Below are positions 39,115 through 50,637 of a stretch of DNA of 64,000 nucleotides, in pieces. The DNA is taken from assembly GCA_030265395.1 (NCBI GenBank), contig JARFYF010000002.1:57081372-57145371 (forward strand), written 5' to 3'. Both the position numbers and the translations under genes were made by a program. Source of the DNA: Rhina ancylostomus. Taxonomy: Eukaryota. The notes below the pieces were generated by a model. The model did not search any database. It saw only the letters and a program-made list of their open reading frames with translations, and was not told where the DNA came from. How positions within the stretch are numbered: the first letter of the stretch is position 1; every line of letters begins with the position of its first letter.

Positions 39115-39260
39115 TTGTATGTGGCAGAAGGGGTATCTGAGGGAGGTATACAAAGTTATGAGGGATAGGGGTAAGGTAGATAATTGCAAACTTTTTCCCA
39201 CAGTAGAGATGTCTAAAACTAGACATAGGTTTAGGGTAAGGGCAAGAGGTTTAAAGGGGA
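39115..39260 (+). mobile_element. CR1 LINE 3' fragment
   Basis: YLREVYKVMRDRGKVDNCKLFPTVEMSKTRHRFRVRARGLKG. Confidence 0.75.
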
Positions 39261-39659
39261 TCACGGTGTGCAGTTTTACATACTGGGTTGGTTATCTGCC
39301 AGGCACAGTCACCCTGGTGCTGTTCCAAACCTTTCACTTGTGCTCACTGAGTGACTGATAAACTTAGATGAAGAGTCGAGTCGTTTGTCACAAGTTTTTA
39401 CAACTGTTTATGTCGGGGGCTGCAGCTCTTTCCCAGAAACGTTTTCCATAGGAAGCATTGGAGAGGAAGAAGAGGATTACAACATTCAAAAGGTTTATTT
39501 AAGTGGAAGCAGTTTGACTGTGCTTTGCTCAATGTTAAGAAAGACCCATTCCACCCTTAGATCAAATTTATTGCATGGCTGGAGCTTGGATAAAGGCACA
39601 ACAATAATTAATTGTGAGTTTTCTTCTTGGATTCAATTTGGGTTGAGAAAATTGGTGTG

Positions 39660-39949
39660 GAGTCATGGCATCATAAAGTACAGAAACAGGTCCTCTAGCC
39701 CACCATGTCCATTCCAACCATCAAGTACTCATCTGTATTAGACCCATTTACCATTATTGGGTCCATAGCCATCTTTGCATTGGCATTTCAAGTGCTTATC
39801 TAAATGCTTTTTAACTATACTGAGACTCTTTGCCTCTGTCACCCTCAGGCAGTGTGTTCCAGATTCCAGCCACCTTCTGGAGGGAAAACTTCCTCCTCCT
39901 GGTCCCATTTTAAACCTCCTACCCCCTTACCCATAGCATATGCCCTCTG
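39660..39949 (-). mobile_element. CR1 LINE 3' end
   Basis: Reverse-complement tail (acagaaacaggtcctctagcccacc) and WNxLP region (ggcagtgtgttccaga). Confidence 0.7.
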
Positions 39950-40599
39950 NNNNNNNNNNNNNNNNNNNNNNNNNNNNNNNNNNNNNNNNNNNNNNNNNNN
40001 NNNNNNNNNNNNNNNNNNNNNNNNNNNNNNNNNNNNNNNNNNNNNNNNNCCCAATAAGAAGAATCGTTTTACAACCAGTACTGCACTGCTCTCCTCTAAC
40101 GTAAAGCAGCAGTTACAGGTATTTGCACATGTATATTTACAACTTCACAGGTTCAGCTGCATTGTAGGTTTTCTCACCATGATGCTGCTGCAAGTAAGTT
40201 TTTGATGGCACCTGTGCATAAATGTACTGGTGCATATAACTGTAAGTTTGACTTTGAATTTGTCTTTGAGACCTTCTCAATGGTGACAGTGTGACTGATC
40301 TCTCTCTTGCATCCCTCTGTATACTGACGGGCCATCCACTTCAGGATTTACCATGACATCTCTTTGGCTTGTTATCAATTCCTTATCTACTGCATACTTT
40401 TCAAGTGCACTGTGTGACTCAGGACTCAGTTTTTCAATAATTCTTGGATCTTGGGAATCCTGTGCAAGTCACCATTGATCTACTTGAATCTTCTTGACTT
40501 TTCCATTGATGTTCTTAGCTCTGTATACCTTGAAGACACCTCTCTGATCCCATCTGGATGTTCTTGCCTGGATCATTTAACAAAATTAAAGTGTACTGT

Positions 40600-40950
40600 A
40601 TTGGGAATAATGTACTGGCAAAGATTGAGAATTGGTTAACAGACAGATAATAATGATCGGTTGGTAGGATAGACAGAGCAATGGCAAATGGAATTTAATT
40701 CTGATAATGCAAAGTGGTGCACTTTGTGACTAAGGGTAGGACATACACAGTGAATGGTGAGGTCCTGGAGAGTATTGAGGAACAGAGGGACCTTGGTATA
40801 CAAGTCCACGAATCCCCAAAGGTGACAGCACAGGTGGATAAGGTGGTGAAAAGGGCATACGGGGAGGTTTGGTTCCATTAGCTGAGGCAGAGAATACAAA
40901 AGAAGGAAGAAGTACAACTATACACAACATTGTTTGGGCCATAGCTGGAT
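40600..40950 (+). mobile_element. CR1 LINE RT fragment
   Basis: WQMEFNSDNAKW...RTYTVNGEVL...EEQRDLG..VH...KVTAQVDKVVKRAYG. Confidence 0.8.
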
Positions 40951-41140
40951 TTCAGAAATTGTTATCAGCTTCATGTTGCAGTGAGAGTAGATTGCTGCCA
41001 GTGTGACCATAAAGAAGATATCACTCAGGTTTTCTAAGTGTAAAAGCTTTTTTCATGGTGTCATCCTTCAAAGATGATTAGAAAGCAGACATACAAATGT
41101 TGTAATCCAGGGTTAACATTCTTCAAATAATTTAAAAAAA

Positions 41141-41380
41141 TTTTTTATTTACAGCGTAGTAACAGGCCCTTCCGGCCCAACGAGTCCACGCTGCCAATTT
41201 TTAAACACCAAATTAACCTACCCATACGTCTTTGGAATGTGGGAGGAAACTGGAGTACCCGGAGGAAACCCACACAGGCACACGGGGAGAACATACAAAT
41301 TCCTTACAGACAGTGGCTGGAATTGAACCTGGGTCACTGACACTGTAATAACATTATGCTAACCGCTATGCTACTGTGAC
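41141..41380 (-). mobile_element. HE1/V-SINE-like tRNA-derived SINE, near full length
   Basis: tRNA-like head (gtagcatagcggttagc...ggttcaattcc), V-domain and CR1-like tail on the minus strand. Confidence 0.85.
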
Positions 41381-42299
41381 CAAGCCCGTGAGCTTGAAGA
41401 TTGTTAAAGGTATTGGTGGTTCAGTAAGATGAATAGATATTGGATAGAAAACTCAAGGAATCCCTTTTGGAACAAAAAATAAGAGATTTTAATTGGAATG
41501 GAGGAAAAGATACGCTTTGCTCCTCTGAGTCTTCTTTATTGTTAAGAAATGTACATCAGATCATTAAAAAGAGTGAAGTATATATGTTCCTTGAATTCGT
41601 AACCTCTGATGTATTCCATTGCAGAAGTACAGACTTTATAGGTGTGACACAAGAAGCCCAAATAAAATGTGTGCGGTTCCAAGGGCTCTTATTAGCCTAG
41701 CCATGAAACTTAATAAACATTATGGCAGCCCAGAGAGCAGTTTGTCACATGACATCTTTCTTAAAGGGGTCTTAAAATAGCAGTTTTGTTTACAACCACT
41801 GTTACACATGCTACAGAAGGCAAATGGGAGGGTTATTTTTGCTTGTGGAGACATGAAATACAATGGCAGAGAAGTAAGGCTGGATTTGCCCAGGCATTAG
41901 ACAATACTGAATTACTAAGGGTTGCACTGTTGTGTACTGATGATAGATTGCAAAAGAAGGATATTAAAGCGATGGAAGAAACACAATGTGGATTTGTCCC
42001 CAAATCACCAAGCGTGTTACGTAAATATACAAGTGAGAATTTAGAGACTTTACCACTAGAGTTGAAGTGAAGAAGGTGTTCTATGATAAATGCCTTTCAT
42101 TTTATGAAACATTCAGTATATTAAGTTGAATAGAGATAGGTATGAGGGAATAAAAAGAAAGATGTTTCTTTTTCATTAGGCCAGCAAAGGTTACAATGTG
42201 GCATGATGAGAGTGCTTGAAAGCATAGATAGCCAAAGTAGACAGAAGCAGATTCTATATGGTTACCTCTGGATAAAAAGAGGTATAGATTGCATAATAA

Positions 42300-42980
42300 A
42301 ATCAGAAAGTGCCGGAAATACTCAGCCAGTCAAGAAGAAGGGGAAACAGAGCTAATGTTTCAGGTCTGAGATCTTTCGCCAGAACTGGGAAAGAAAGAAA
42401 ACAAGTTAGTTTTTAGTAGCAGAGAAGGTGGGAGATGGATGGCTAAACCAAAGTGTATAACTCTGATAGGGTGAGACCAACTGACTTAATGTGGCAGTTG
42501 GAAGCATGTTATACCTGTGTTAATGTGTTGCTAATAGCTGGGGTGTGGGACTTGTCCTACGGGCCAAACACTAACGGAAAGAAAAAAACTGAGCTAAAGT
42601 CACAGATGGGTGGCAGGCAGAAATAGCCAGTTTTGATACAGACGGGAAAAAAGACCAAGTTACCTAAAGTTGGAGGATTCAATATCGAGTCCAGAAGGCA
42701 GTAATCATGCCTGGACAGAAGATGAATTGATGTTCCTCATGTTTGTGTTGGGTCTCTTTGTAACGATGCTGGAGGTATAGACAGATACATCTGAGTGGGA
42801 GTGGAATGGTGAATTAAAGTGGCAGGCAGCAGGAAGCTCAGGGTCACACCTGCGAACTGAAAGCAGACACTCTGCAAAGCAATTACCAATCTGTATTTGA
42901 TTTCTCCAATGTAGAGGAGACTGTGTTGCGAATACCAAATGCAATACACTTGATTGGAAGTAACAAGAACTGGCCATTTC
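42300..42980 (-). mobile_element. Penelope-like retroelement remnant with GIY-YIG endonuclease
   Basis: Minus frames read YCIWYSQHSLLYIGEIKYRL and FAECLLSVRRCDPELPAACHFNSPFHSHSD (frameshifted); the terminal segment at 42300-42400 matches other Penelope-like termini. Confidence 0.8.
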
Positions 42981-43099
42981 TACCAGACATCCGTCTATGA
43001 TATTGGTTCTCTGTTAGTGTAGCCTGGCCTGCTAAATATGTTCCACAGTCCAGCTATTAGTAACAGGTTACACAGGTAAAGAAGCAAAATTAACTTCTG

Positions 43100-44010
43100 T
43101 CATTGAGTTATAGAACCTACAGCACAGGAATACAGGAATAGCCCTTCAGCCCACCCTGTCCATGCAAATCATTTAGTACTCATCTATACTCATCCCATTT
43201 ACAAGCTCTTGGTCTATAGTTTTATGCCTTGGCAATATAAGTGCTCATCTGGATACTTATTCAATGTTGCAGAAGTAGCTGTCCCCACCACCTCCTCAGG
43301 CAATATGTTCCAAATTCCAACCACTGCCTTGGTGAAAATGGTCGTTCTCAAATCTCCTCTAAATCTCTTAACCCTCACCCTTTACCTATACCCTCTGGTT
43401 TTAAATGCTTGTGCTATGGGGAGAACTTTCTTAGCTCCTACCCTATCCTGCCCCTCATAATTTTGTGTACCTCCATCAGGTACCCCTTCGGTCTCCTCAG
43501 CTCCAGGGAAAACAAATCCAGCCTATCCAATCTTTCCTCCATATCCCTCCATGCCTCAAACTCCCTCGGGCCTTTAGGACCCTACCATTCACCGTGTATA
43601 TTCTACGCTTATTAGTCCTCCCAAATTGCATTATTTCACATTTCAGTATTAAATTCCATTTTACCAAATGATCAATTTTCATCCTGTAGCCAAAGACTAT
43701 CGTCCTCGCAATTGATAACATTCACTAATTTTTGTGTCTTTTGCAAACCAAGCAATCATACCACCTATGTTCATATCCACACCGATAATGTATGCAACGC
43801 ACAGTAAGAATCCTAGCTCCAATCCCTGAGGCACACTACTGGTCATAGGCTTCCAGTCACAAAAACAGCCCTCCACCATCACCTTTTTTTCTCAAATTTC
43901 CAGGCAAATTTTGGATCCAATTTGCCTTGTATCCCATGGGCTCTGACCTTTTGGACCAGGTTCCTACGTGGGACCTTGGTGAAGATTTTACTGAAGTCCA
44001 TATAGAATAT
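43100..44010 (-). mobile_element. CR1 LINE RT and 3' end
   Basis: MVEGCFCDWKPMTSSVPQGLELGFLL...FAKDTKI and IYMDFSKIFTKVP on the minus strand. Confidence 0.85.
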
Positions 44011-45059
44011 ATTCTTTGTGCCAACAGAGGAATGTTAATCTGGAACTGCGCAGTTTGCCACTGGTGGTTTTGGTCATGGGATTGTGGCCTGAAAACTTGC
44101 CCAGCCTTAAAAAGAATAAGGTCATTCCTTCATGTGTGGTGGAGAGCTGTGCCTGGTTCTGGGGGTTTGCAGAGGGATTGGAGTTTGGAGATGAAGCAGG
44201 GTCAAGTGTTGTTGCTCAGAGGTGAATAGCTTGGGGAATGGAGGTGTACCATTAGGGGTTGGTCAGAGTGCGGGGTCAACTATAAGTGAGGTCGCTGTGC
44301 TCGATGTTGTTTGTTGTGTTGATGGGTTGTTGCTGCATTGGGAGCCTTTGATCAGTAATCAGGAGTCAGGTTGTAAGATCAGGGTTTGTGGGTGGGGAGA
44401 TCAATGGGTGAAATAGGGTGGTTGGTTGGTTGGGTGTCATGAGTTTGGGAGACAAGGGCTTATGCCCAGAGGGAGAGCTGGTAAGTTAATAAAGGGAACT
44501 TAACTGAATTGGGCTCCAAGTGCCAGCTCTACTCATGGAGAGCTCCCTTTATCCTATTGATGTGGAGAGAGTGGAGTAATCAAAATCTGGTTGGGCAATG
44601 AATGATACTTTCTGGAACCACATGGACAGATTTCTCCAGCAACACCCAAAACAAAGGGTGAATGATATCCTCCTTAGAAAACCCAACATCAGCACAAGCA
44701 CCATTCACAACAAATGGCTGGTTGAATTTCTGGAGTGGTGTCTTTCAACCTGGAAACAACCATGATTGCTTTCCACCTAGAAAAGAAATTATTTTCATAC
44801 ACAGATCTGCAATAACATTTCAAGATATTTTGTTTTTCTCCCAATTGCACTTGTATTCTTGACTTGTAACTAATTAGTAAGGAAAAAGCATTGAAATACC
44901 AATCAATTTAAGGTGCATTGAATTGAAGATTGTCAGGAATTCATCAATACAGTTTTGCTGGAGAAGGTTTATTATTGAAGGTCTTAGATCTGGATTAATG
45001 TGATTGTTATTGAGGTATATTTTGATTGCCTTTGGGAGTCGAAGATAAATTATACTTAA

Positions 45060-46150
45060 ACAGAAGCGTTGAAACTAGGAATGGAAAAGCCAGTCATCCC
45101 TTCAAAACTGCTCCACCATTAATTATAATCATAACAATGATCCAAATTCATTGCTCTTTTCCAAATTTCTCCCCACTTTTCCTGATTCCTTTGGCCACAA
45201 GGACAATACCTAACTTCTTCTTGAATATATTTAATGATATCACATTGACTATGGGAGAGAATTCCACAGGTTCACCATTCTCTGGGAGAAGAAAAATCTC
45301 ACCTTAGTCTTATACTTGTGCTGCCTCCCTTCCACTAGACCATGTGTTCTCCAAAAATTGGAGGAGGATATTTGTACCTTCCTTTGTGAAGGCAGAACCA
45401 CTTCTGGAATTTAATTGGTCTGCCATTTCTTTATTCCCATTTAAAACAAAATCCCTATTTCTGACTGTAATGATCTAGGTTTGTCTTCTCTTCTTGTATC
45501 TATAGAAGCTTTTACAGGCAGTTTTTAATCTTCTCTGCAAGATTACTTGCATACTCTATTTTCTCCTTCCTAAACAATCCCTTTGTTCTCCTTTGCTGAA
45601 TCATAAATTGCTTTAAGTCATCAGGTTTATTATTTTATCTGGCCTTTTTATATTTCTCCTCCTCAGATCTAATACTGTTCATTAATTTCTTTTGAAATCC
45701 ATGCTTATGCCACCTTCTGTGTTTTATTTTTGCTCTGGACAGGAATGAATGATGTTGCAATTCATTCATGTGCTCTTTAAGTGCTTGCCACTGGCTATAT
45801 TAACTGTCAACCCTTTCAGTAATGTTCTCTGATCTATCATAGCCAAGTCATGCCTCACACCTTCATTTAGGTTTGGGACCCTGGTCTCAGAATCAACTCA
45901 CTCACTTTCCATATTAGTAAAGAATCCTATCATGTTACGGTTGCATTTTGCCAAGAGATCCTGCACAAGTTTGTTTGTTGATCCTGTCCTAATACAGTAC
46001 TTAGTCAAGGGTGGCCAGCTCCCTCACTGTTTCCTCAACAGATTGGTTCAAAAAGCCTATACGATTCACTCCAGAAATTTCTCGTCTACAGTATTATTGC
46101 TAAATTAGTTTGCCTAATCTGTTTGCAGACTGAAGTCATCCATGATTACA
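45060..46150 (-). mobile_element. Degenerate, internally deleted CR1 LINE
   Basis: Reverse-complement 3' tail near 45065-45300 and endonuclease-region motifs (ccatgattac / gactgaagtcatc, VIMDDF) near 46130-46150. Confidence 0.55.
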
Positions 46151-46612
46151 GTTCTATTGTAAGCAGAACAAAAAGATGTAACTATGGCCATAGACGAGAA
46201 TCCAGGGTAGTTTGGTGTCTGCGTGGGTCATATGTTGTAAATTAATTAAAACCATCTATATTTAGTTGTAACTTTAACCCCTAGTCAATAAAAGAGCTCC
46301 AGTTTAAAATTATATTCACTGATTTGGCGTAAGCATTCAGAACCATAACAGATCACATTTGTCCCAATTTGTCTGTGCACTTCACATCATTCACTACTAT
46401 TGTTATTTTAGCAAAAAGGCAAACACCTGTGTTTAGTAAAGAGAAGCAGGGATAAGGCAGGTAACTACAAGACTAATGAACCTTCCATTACATTATCAGA
46501 GAAAATCCTAAGGGATACAACTTATGTATATTTGAAAAGGCAGATCAAGCATTTGGTTGTTGTAAAAACCATTTGTTAATTGTTGTATAAATTGATCTAT
46601 TTTGCATTTTAG

Positions 46613-46698
46613 CAGCGTTCAACTTCAGAACTGGCCTTTAACTTTGATGCAAACAAGCAGCAGAGGCAGCTAATTGCAGAACTGGAAAATAAAAACAG
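46613..46698 (+). CDS. DTNB: DTNB coding exon (86 nt, or 83 nt from 46616), start of coiled-coil helix 1
   Basis: Acceptor cattttag|CAG, donor CAG|gtagga. Translates QRSTSELAFNFDANKQQRQLIAELENKN(R). Confidence 0.95.
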
Positions 46699-47339
46699 GT
46701 AGGAACAATCATGTGCCTTCACTCTGATACTGCAGCAAGTATGCTGCTGACATTGTTTAGCATTGGCGATTGATTTTGGAAAACATTCTTGTACTCTGGT
46801 TCATCAAATAACTTTGAAGCAGTGCAGCAAAAAGATAAGTAGAGCTGCCTAAGGGGAATATGAAAGGAAAGTTGAGGGCCATAATGATTGGCACAAAATA
46901 TTTTATGATTTTATTGGAGGAACTACAAAGTGTAATGTGGGCATGCTAAATAAAACAGTGATTAAAATAAATAAGGAAATGGACACACTGCTGCAGAGCA
47001 GAGAGTAAAATATAGCTGGCAAAAAACTGCATGACGAATGCCAGGTTGTTAACACAGGTGAGAACCAGGTTGATTGTAGAAAGTTCACATGAGAGATAGA
47101 GAGAAGCAAAGAGAGATTATGAGAAAATACTGGCACCAAATGTAGAAAGGAATACAAAATTTTTCCATAGCCATAAGAACAGGATTATAAGAGGAGAGGT
47201 GGCCCAATTGGATGCTTGCAAGGAACTCTACTCATGGAAGCAAAGAACAGGGCTGAGGTACTAATTGAAGAAGGAAGATCTGATTGGATTCTTCAATTGA
47301 AGCAGACTGGGATTCTTCATTGAACTCGTGAGTATTACT

Positions 47340-48065
47340 TAGTGCATCATTGAGGGAATTGTAGTCGACTTGATGTATGTGGATTTTCAAAAGATGTTTG
47401 ATGAATTGCCAGATAATAGACATCATCAAAATTGAATCCCATAGACTAAAATGCTCTATAGCAGTATAGATAAAAAAATTGGATAAGTAAAAGGAAACAG
47501 AGTAGAAGTGGAGAGAAGTATACAATGGAATTTCCCAATGGTGGATACCAGGGCCATCAATTTTCTTCACAACAGATTTAGCATAGTTTCTGGAGCTACG
47601 GATGATGCACAATTTAGAGGTGTGATGAACTGTAAAGAGGACAGCAATAGATTTGAAGGAAATATCGATAGACTTGTGGAATGGATGGATCAGTGGCAGA
47701 TGAAATTGAAGGCTAAGAAATCCCATGTGTTAATGGAAGAATGAGAAGATGGAATATGAGGCACAGTGCTAAAAGAGATAGAAGAGAAGAGAGTTCCAAG
47801 GGTAAATGTGCATTGTTGCCTGAAAATGACTGATTCAGGTGAGAAAGTGATTTATAAACATTTAAGATCATGGGCTTTAGTAATGAAGGTGTGAGGGTAC
47901 AAGAGCAAGGAAGTGAAGATGAAGTGTAATAAAACTCTGGAGTATTGTGTCCAATTGGGCAGCACACTTTAGGAAATGTGCAAAGGTTTTAGAGAGGTCA
48001 TGGATGAGGTTTACTCAAATGATCAGTCATTTAGGTAGATTGGAGAAGCTGGGATTGCTCTGCTT
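47340..48065 (+). mobile_element. CR1 LINE RT fragment, apparently continued at about 50150-50440
   Basis: YVDFQKMFDE, ATDDAQFRGVMNCKEDSNRFEGNIDRLVEWMDQWQMKLK, LEYCVQL, RLEKLGL. Confidence 0.8.
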
Positions 48066-48069
48066 TGAT

Positions 48070-50050
48070 AATGTGTCATGCTCTTCCATCACAACATTTG
48101 GGTACATCCTTTCATCCAATGATATACTGGTGGGGGTTGGGGTCCTTGGGTCCTCAGCACTGATGTTGAACTGCATGAAGTCTCATGGAATGAGGTTAAA
48201 TATGGGTAAGGTGAGGGACTTCAATGTCCATCACCGTAAGAAGCTTGGTAGCACCAAGGTGGATGAGTCCTGAAGTACACAACTGCCAGATTAAGTCTGG
48301 CAGATAGGGAGTGAATGAATACAAGGAATACATCTGCTCGACCTCATTCTCACCAATCCATCTGTGACAGATGCATTTAGCATTCCAGATGAGTGCTGAA
48401 GACAAGGCCTGGAGTCTTTGAAACCATGTTCAGCCAGAGGTGCTAAATGGATGATCCATCTCAGCTCCCTCCTGAGATCCCCAACATCGCAGAAGTTGGG
48501 CTCCAACCCATTTGATTCAGTCCACCTGATATCATGAAATATTTGAGAGCACTAGATATTGCAAAGGCTATGGAACCATACAACCGTGGCTGTGGAAATG
48601 AGTGTGGAAAATTGTCCAGTTTTGTCCTGTTCACAAAAAAAATAAATCCAATCCACCTAAGCAATTTCCTATCAATCAGCAGCAAAATGATGGAAGATGT
48701 CATCACAATATGATAAAATGGTACTTAGTCACCATAACCTGCTCACTGATGTCGAGTTTGGGTTTTGCAATGTCAGCTTTACTCTAGACCTCATCACACC
48801 CTGGGTCCAAACATGGATTGAGGGAGGTGATTTCAGGTCTGAGGTGAGAGTGTCTGTCCTTGATATCATAGCAGCATTTGACTGAAAGGGTAATCCGGCA
48901 CCCTTGTAAAACTGAAGTCAATGGCCATCGTGGGGAAATTTCTCCAATAGCTGAAGTCATACTTCAAAGAAAGGAACATGGTTATGATTGTTGGAAGTCA
49001 ATCATCTCAGCCCATAGTACAACACCTCATTTCATTAGGGGTGTTCCCTCAGCCTACCATTTTCAGCTGCTGCTTCAATGAGTTTTCCATCATAATGTCA
49101 GAAGTAGAGATGTTTGATGACTACACAATGTTCAATACCCTTCACAATTCCTCAGCAAATGAAGCAGTCCATTCCTGCATGCAGCAAAACTTGGATAGCA
49201 TTGAATTATAACAAGTAACATTCATGTTACAATAATATTAGGCATTGGCCATCAGCAACCAGAGGGAGCCTAACCAACTAGCCTTGACATTCAACGGCAT
49301 TACCACAACTGAGTCCACTAATAGCAACGCATCCTGTGTCTCACCATTGACCGGAAACTCAACTGGACAAGACACATAAGTACTGTGCCTGTAGGAGTAG
49401 AGCAGATGCTGGGTGTCCTCTGGCGAGTGATGCATTGAAACCCAAATTGTTTTCACAAAGTACAAGTCAGGAGCATGATGGAATACTCTTCACGTCCATG
49501 GATAAGTGCAGTGCCAACAATTCTCAAGAAGCTCAATACCATCCAGAACAAAGCCCATTCCACTGATACCCCATTCACCACCATAAGCATTCCCTGCACC
49601 ACTGGCACACAGTGCCCATCGTGTGCATCACCTACAAAATGAACTGCAGGTACTCACACAGGCTACTTCAATAGCTCCTATCAAGTCACAACCTCCACCA
49701 CCAAGAAAGACATGAGCATTCTAAAGATGTACGGGTAGGTTAATATGGGGTTTAAAATGGGCGGCACGGACTCATTGAGCCAGAAGGGCCTGTTACCACG
49801 CTGTAAATAAAATTTTAAAAAAAGGCACATGGGAACATCACTCCCAGATCCCTCTCCTGACTTGAAAATATAACACTGGTGCTTCATCATTGCTCATTCT
49901 AAATCCTCGAACTCCATACTCACAGCACAGCACACTCACATACTTGAAAGACTGCAGAGGTCAAGAAAAGCAGCTCATCGCTACCTTGTTGAGGACAATT
50001 AAGGATAAGCAATAAATACTGTATTTGTCTGTGATACCCTGATACTGAAA
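48070..50050 (+). mobile_element. Degenerate L2/Crack-type non-LTR retrotransposon (APE, RT and 3' tail)
   Basis: RDFNVHH (48213), LDLILTN (48337), VLDIIAAFD (about 48855), GVPS, MFDD (49110), and tail gcagctcatcgctacctt...gcaataaatactg. Exact clade uncertain. Confidence 0.75.
49720..49823 (+). mobile_element. 5'-truncated HE1/V-SINE-like copy nested in the LINE
   Basis: Matches the reverse complement of 41141-41235 (gggcctgttaccacgctgtaaataaaa). Confidence 0.75.
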
Positions 50051-50523
50051 AATGAAGGCATGGGGGGAGGAGGAAGCTAGTCCCGTAAGAAACAGTGGTT
50101 AGGCCACAGCTCTGGTGATTGCATTACAGGATGTAACAATCGAAGTATGGATTCAGAGGAGATTTGTAGCCAATACAGAAAAAAATTATAAAGGCTCTAA
50201 AATGGAGTATTTGTGAAAGATCATTTTCCTTAGCAGACAGGGAGTTCAGAATTTTAGGGTGATGGGGAGAGATTTTTCACTTTGACTCCTTTGAAAATCT
50301 GCAACTCACTGTTGAAAAGTAGTTTGATATTCATTTGACATGCTGTCACTTCCAAAAGTAGGGAGCCAAAGCACTGCAGATTGGGATTAGGCCGAAAGGG
50401 CACAAACACATTGATGCAAATGGACGCCTGCGATGTAAATTTCTGTGTTCACTGTACCTAGTGTGATTGCATGTCTTCAGATCTTTCAGAGAAAACATTC
50501 CATCTTTTCGGACTTGCTTTCAG

Positions 50524-50637
50524 GGAGATTCTGCAAGAAATTCAACGTCTCAGATTGGAACATGAGCAGGCCTCCCAACAGACCCCAGAGAAAGCCCAGC
50601 AGAATCCTACCTTATTGGCTGAATTGAGGCTACTAAG
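50524..50637 (+). CDS. DTNB: DTNB coding exon (114 nt, phase 2-2), coiled coil and linker
   Basis: Acceptor ttgctttcag|G, donor AAG|gtaaag. Translates [37 protein letters not shown](R). Confidence 0.96.

Noticed and set aside
40230-40580. Possible Gypsy pol remnant on the minus strand (GWP-like motif)
   Set aside because: Only one short motif is recognisable; too degenerate to call without an alignment.
46158-46350. TG...CA-bounded segment with AATAAA inside CR1 sequence (possible solo LTR)
   Set aside because: No target-site duplication visible and no second copy in the window; insufficient support.
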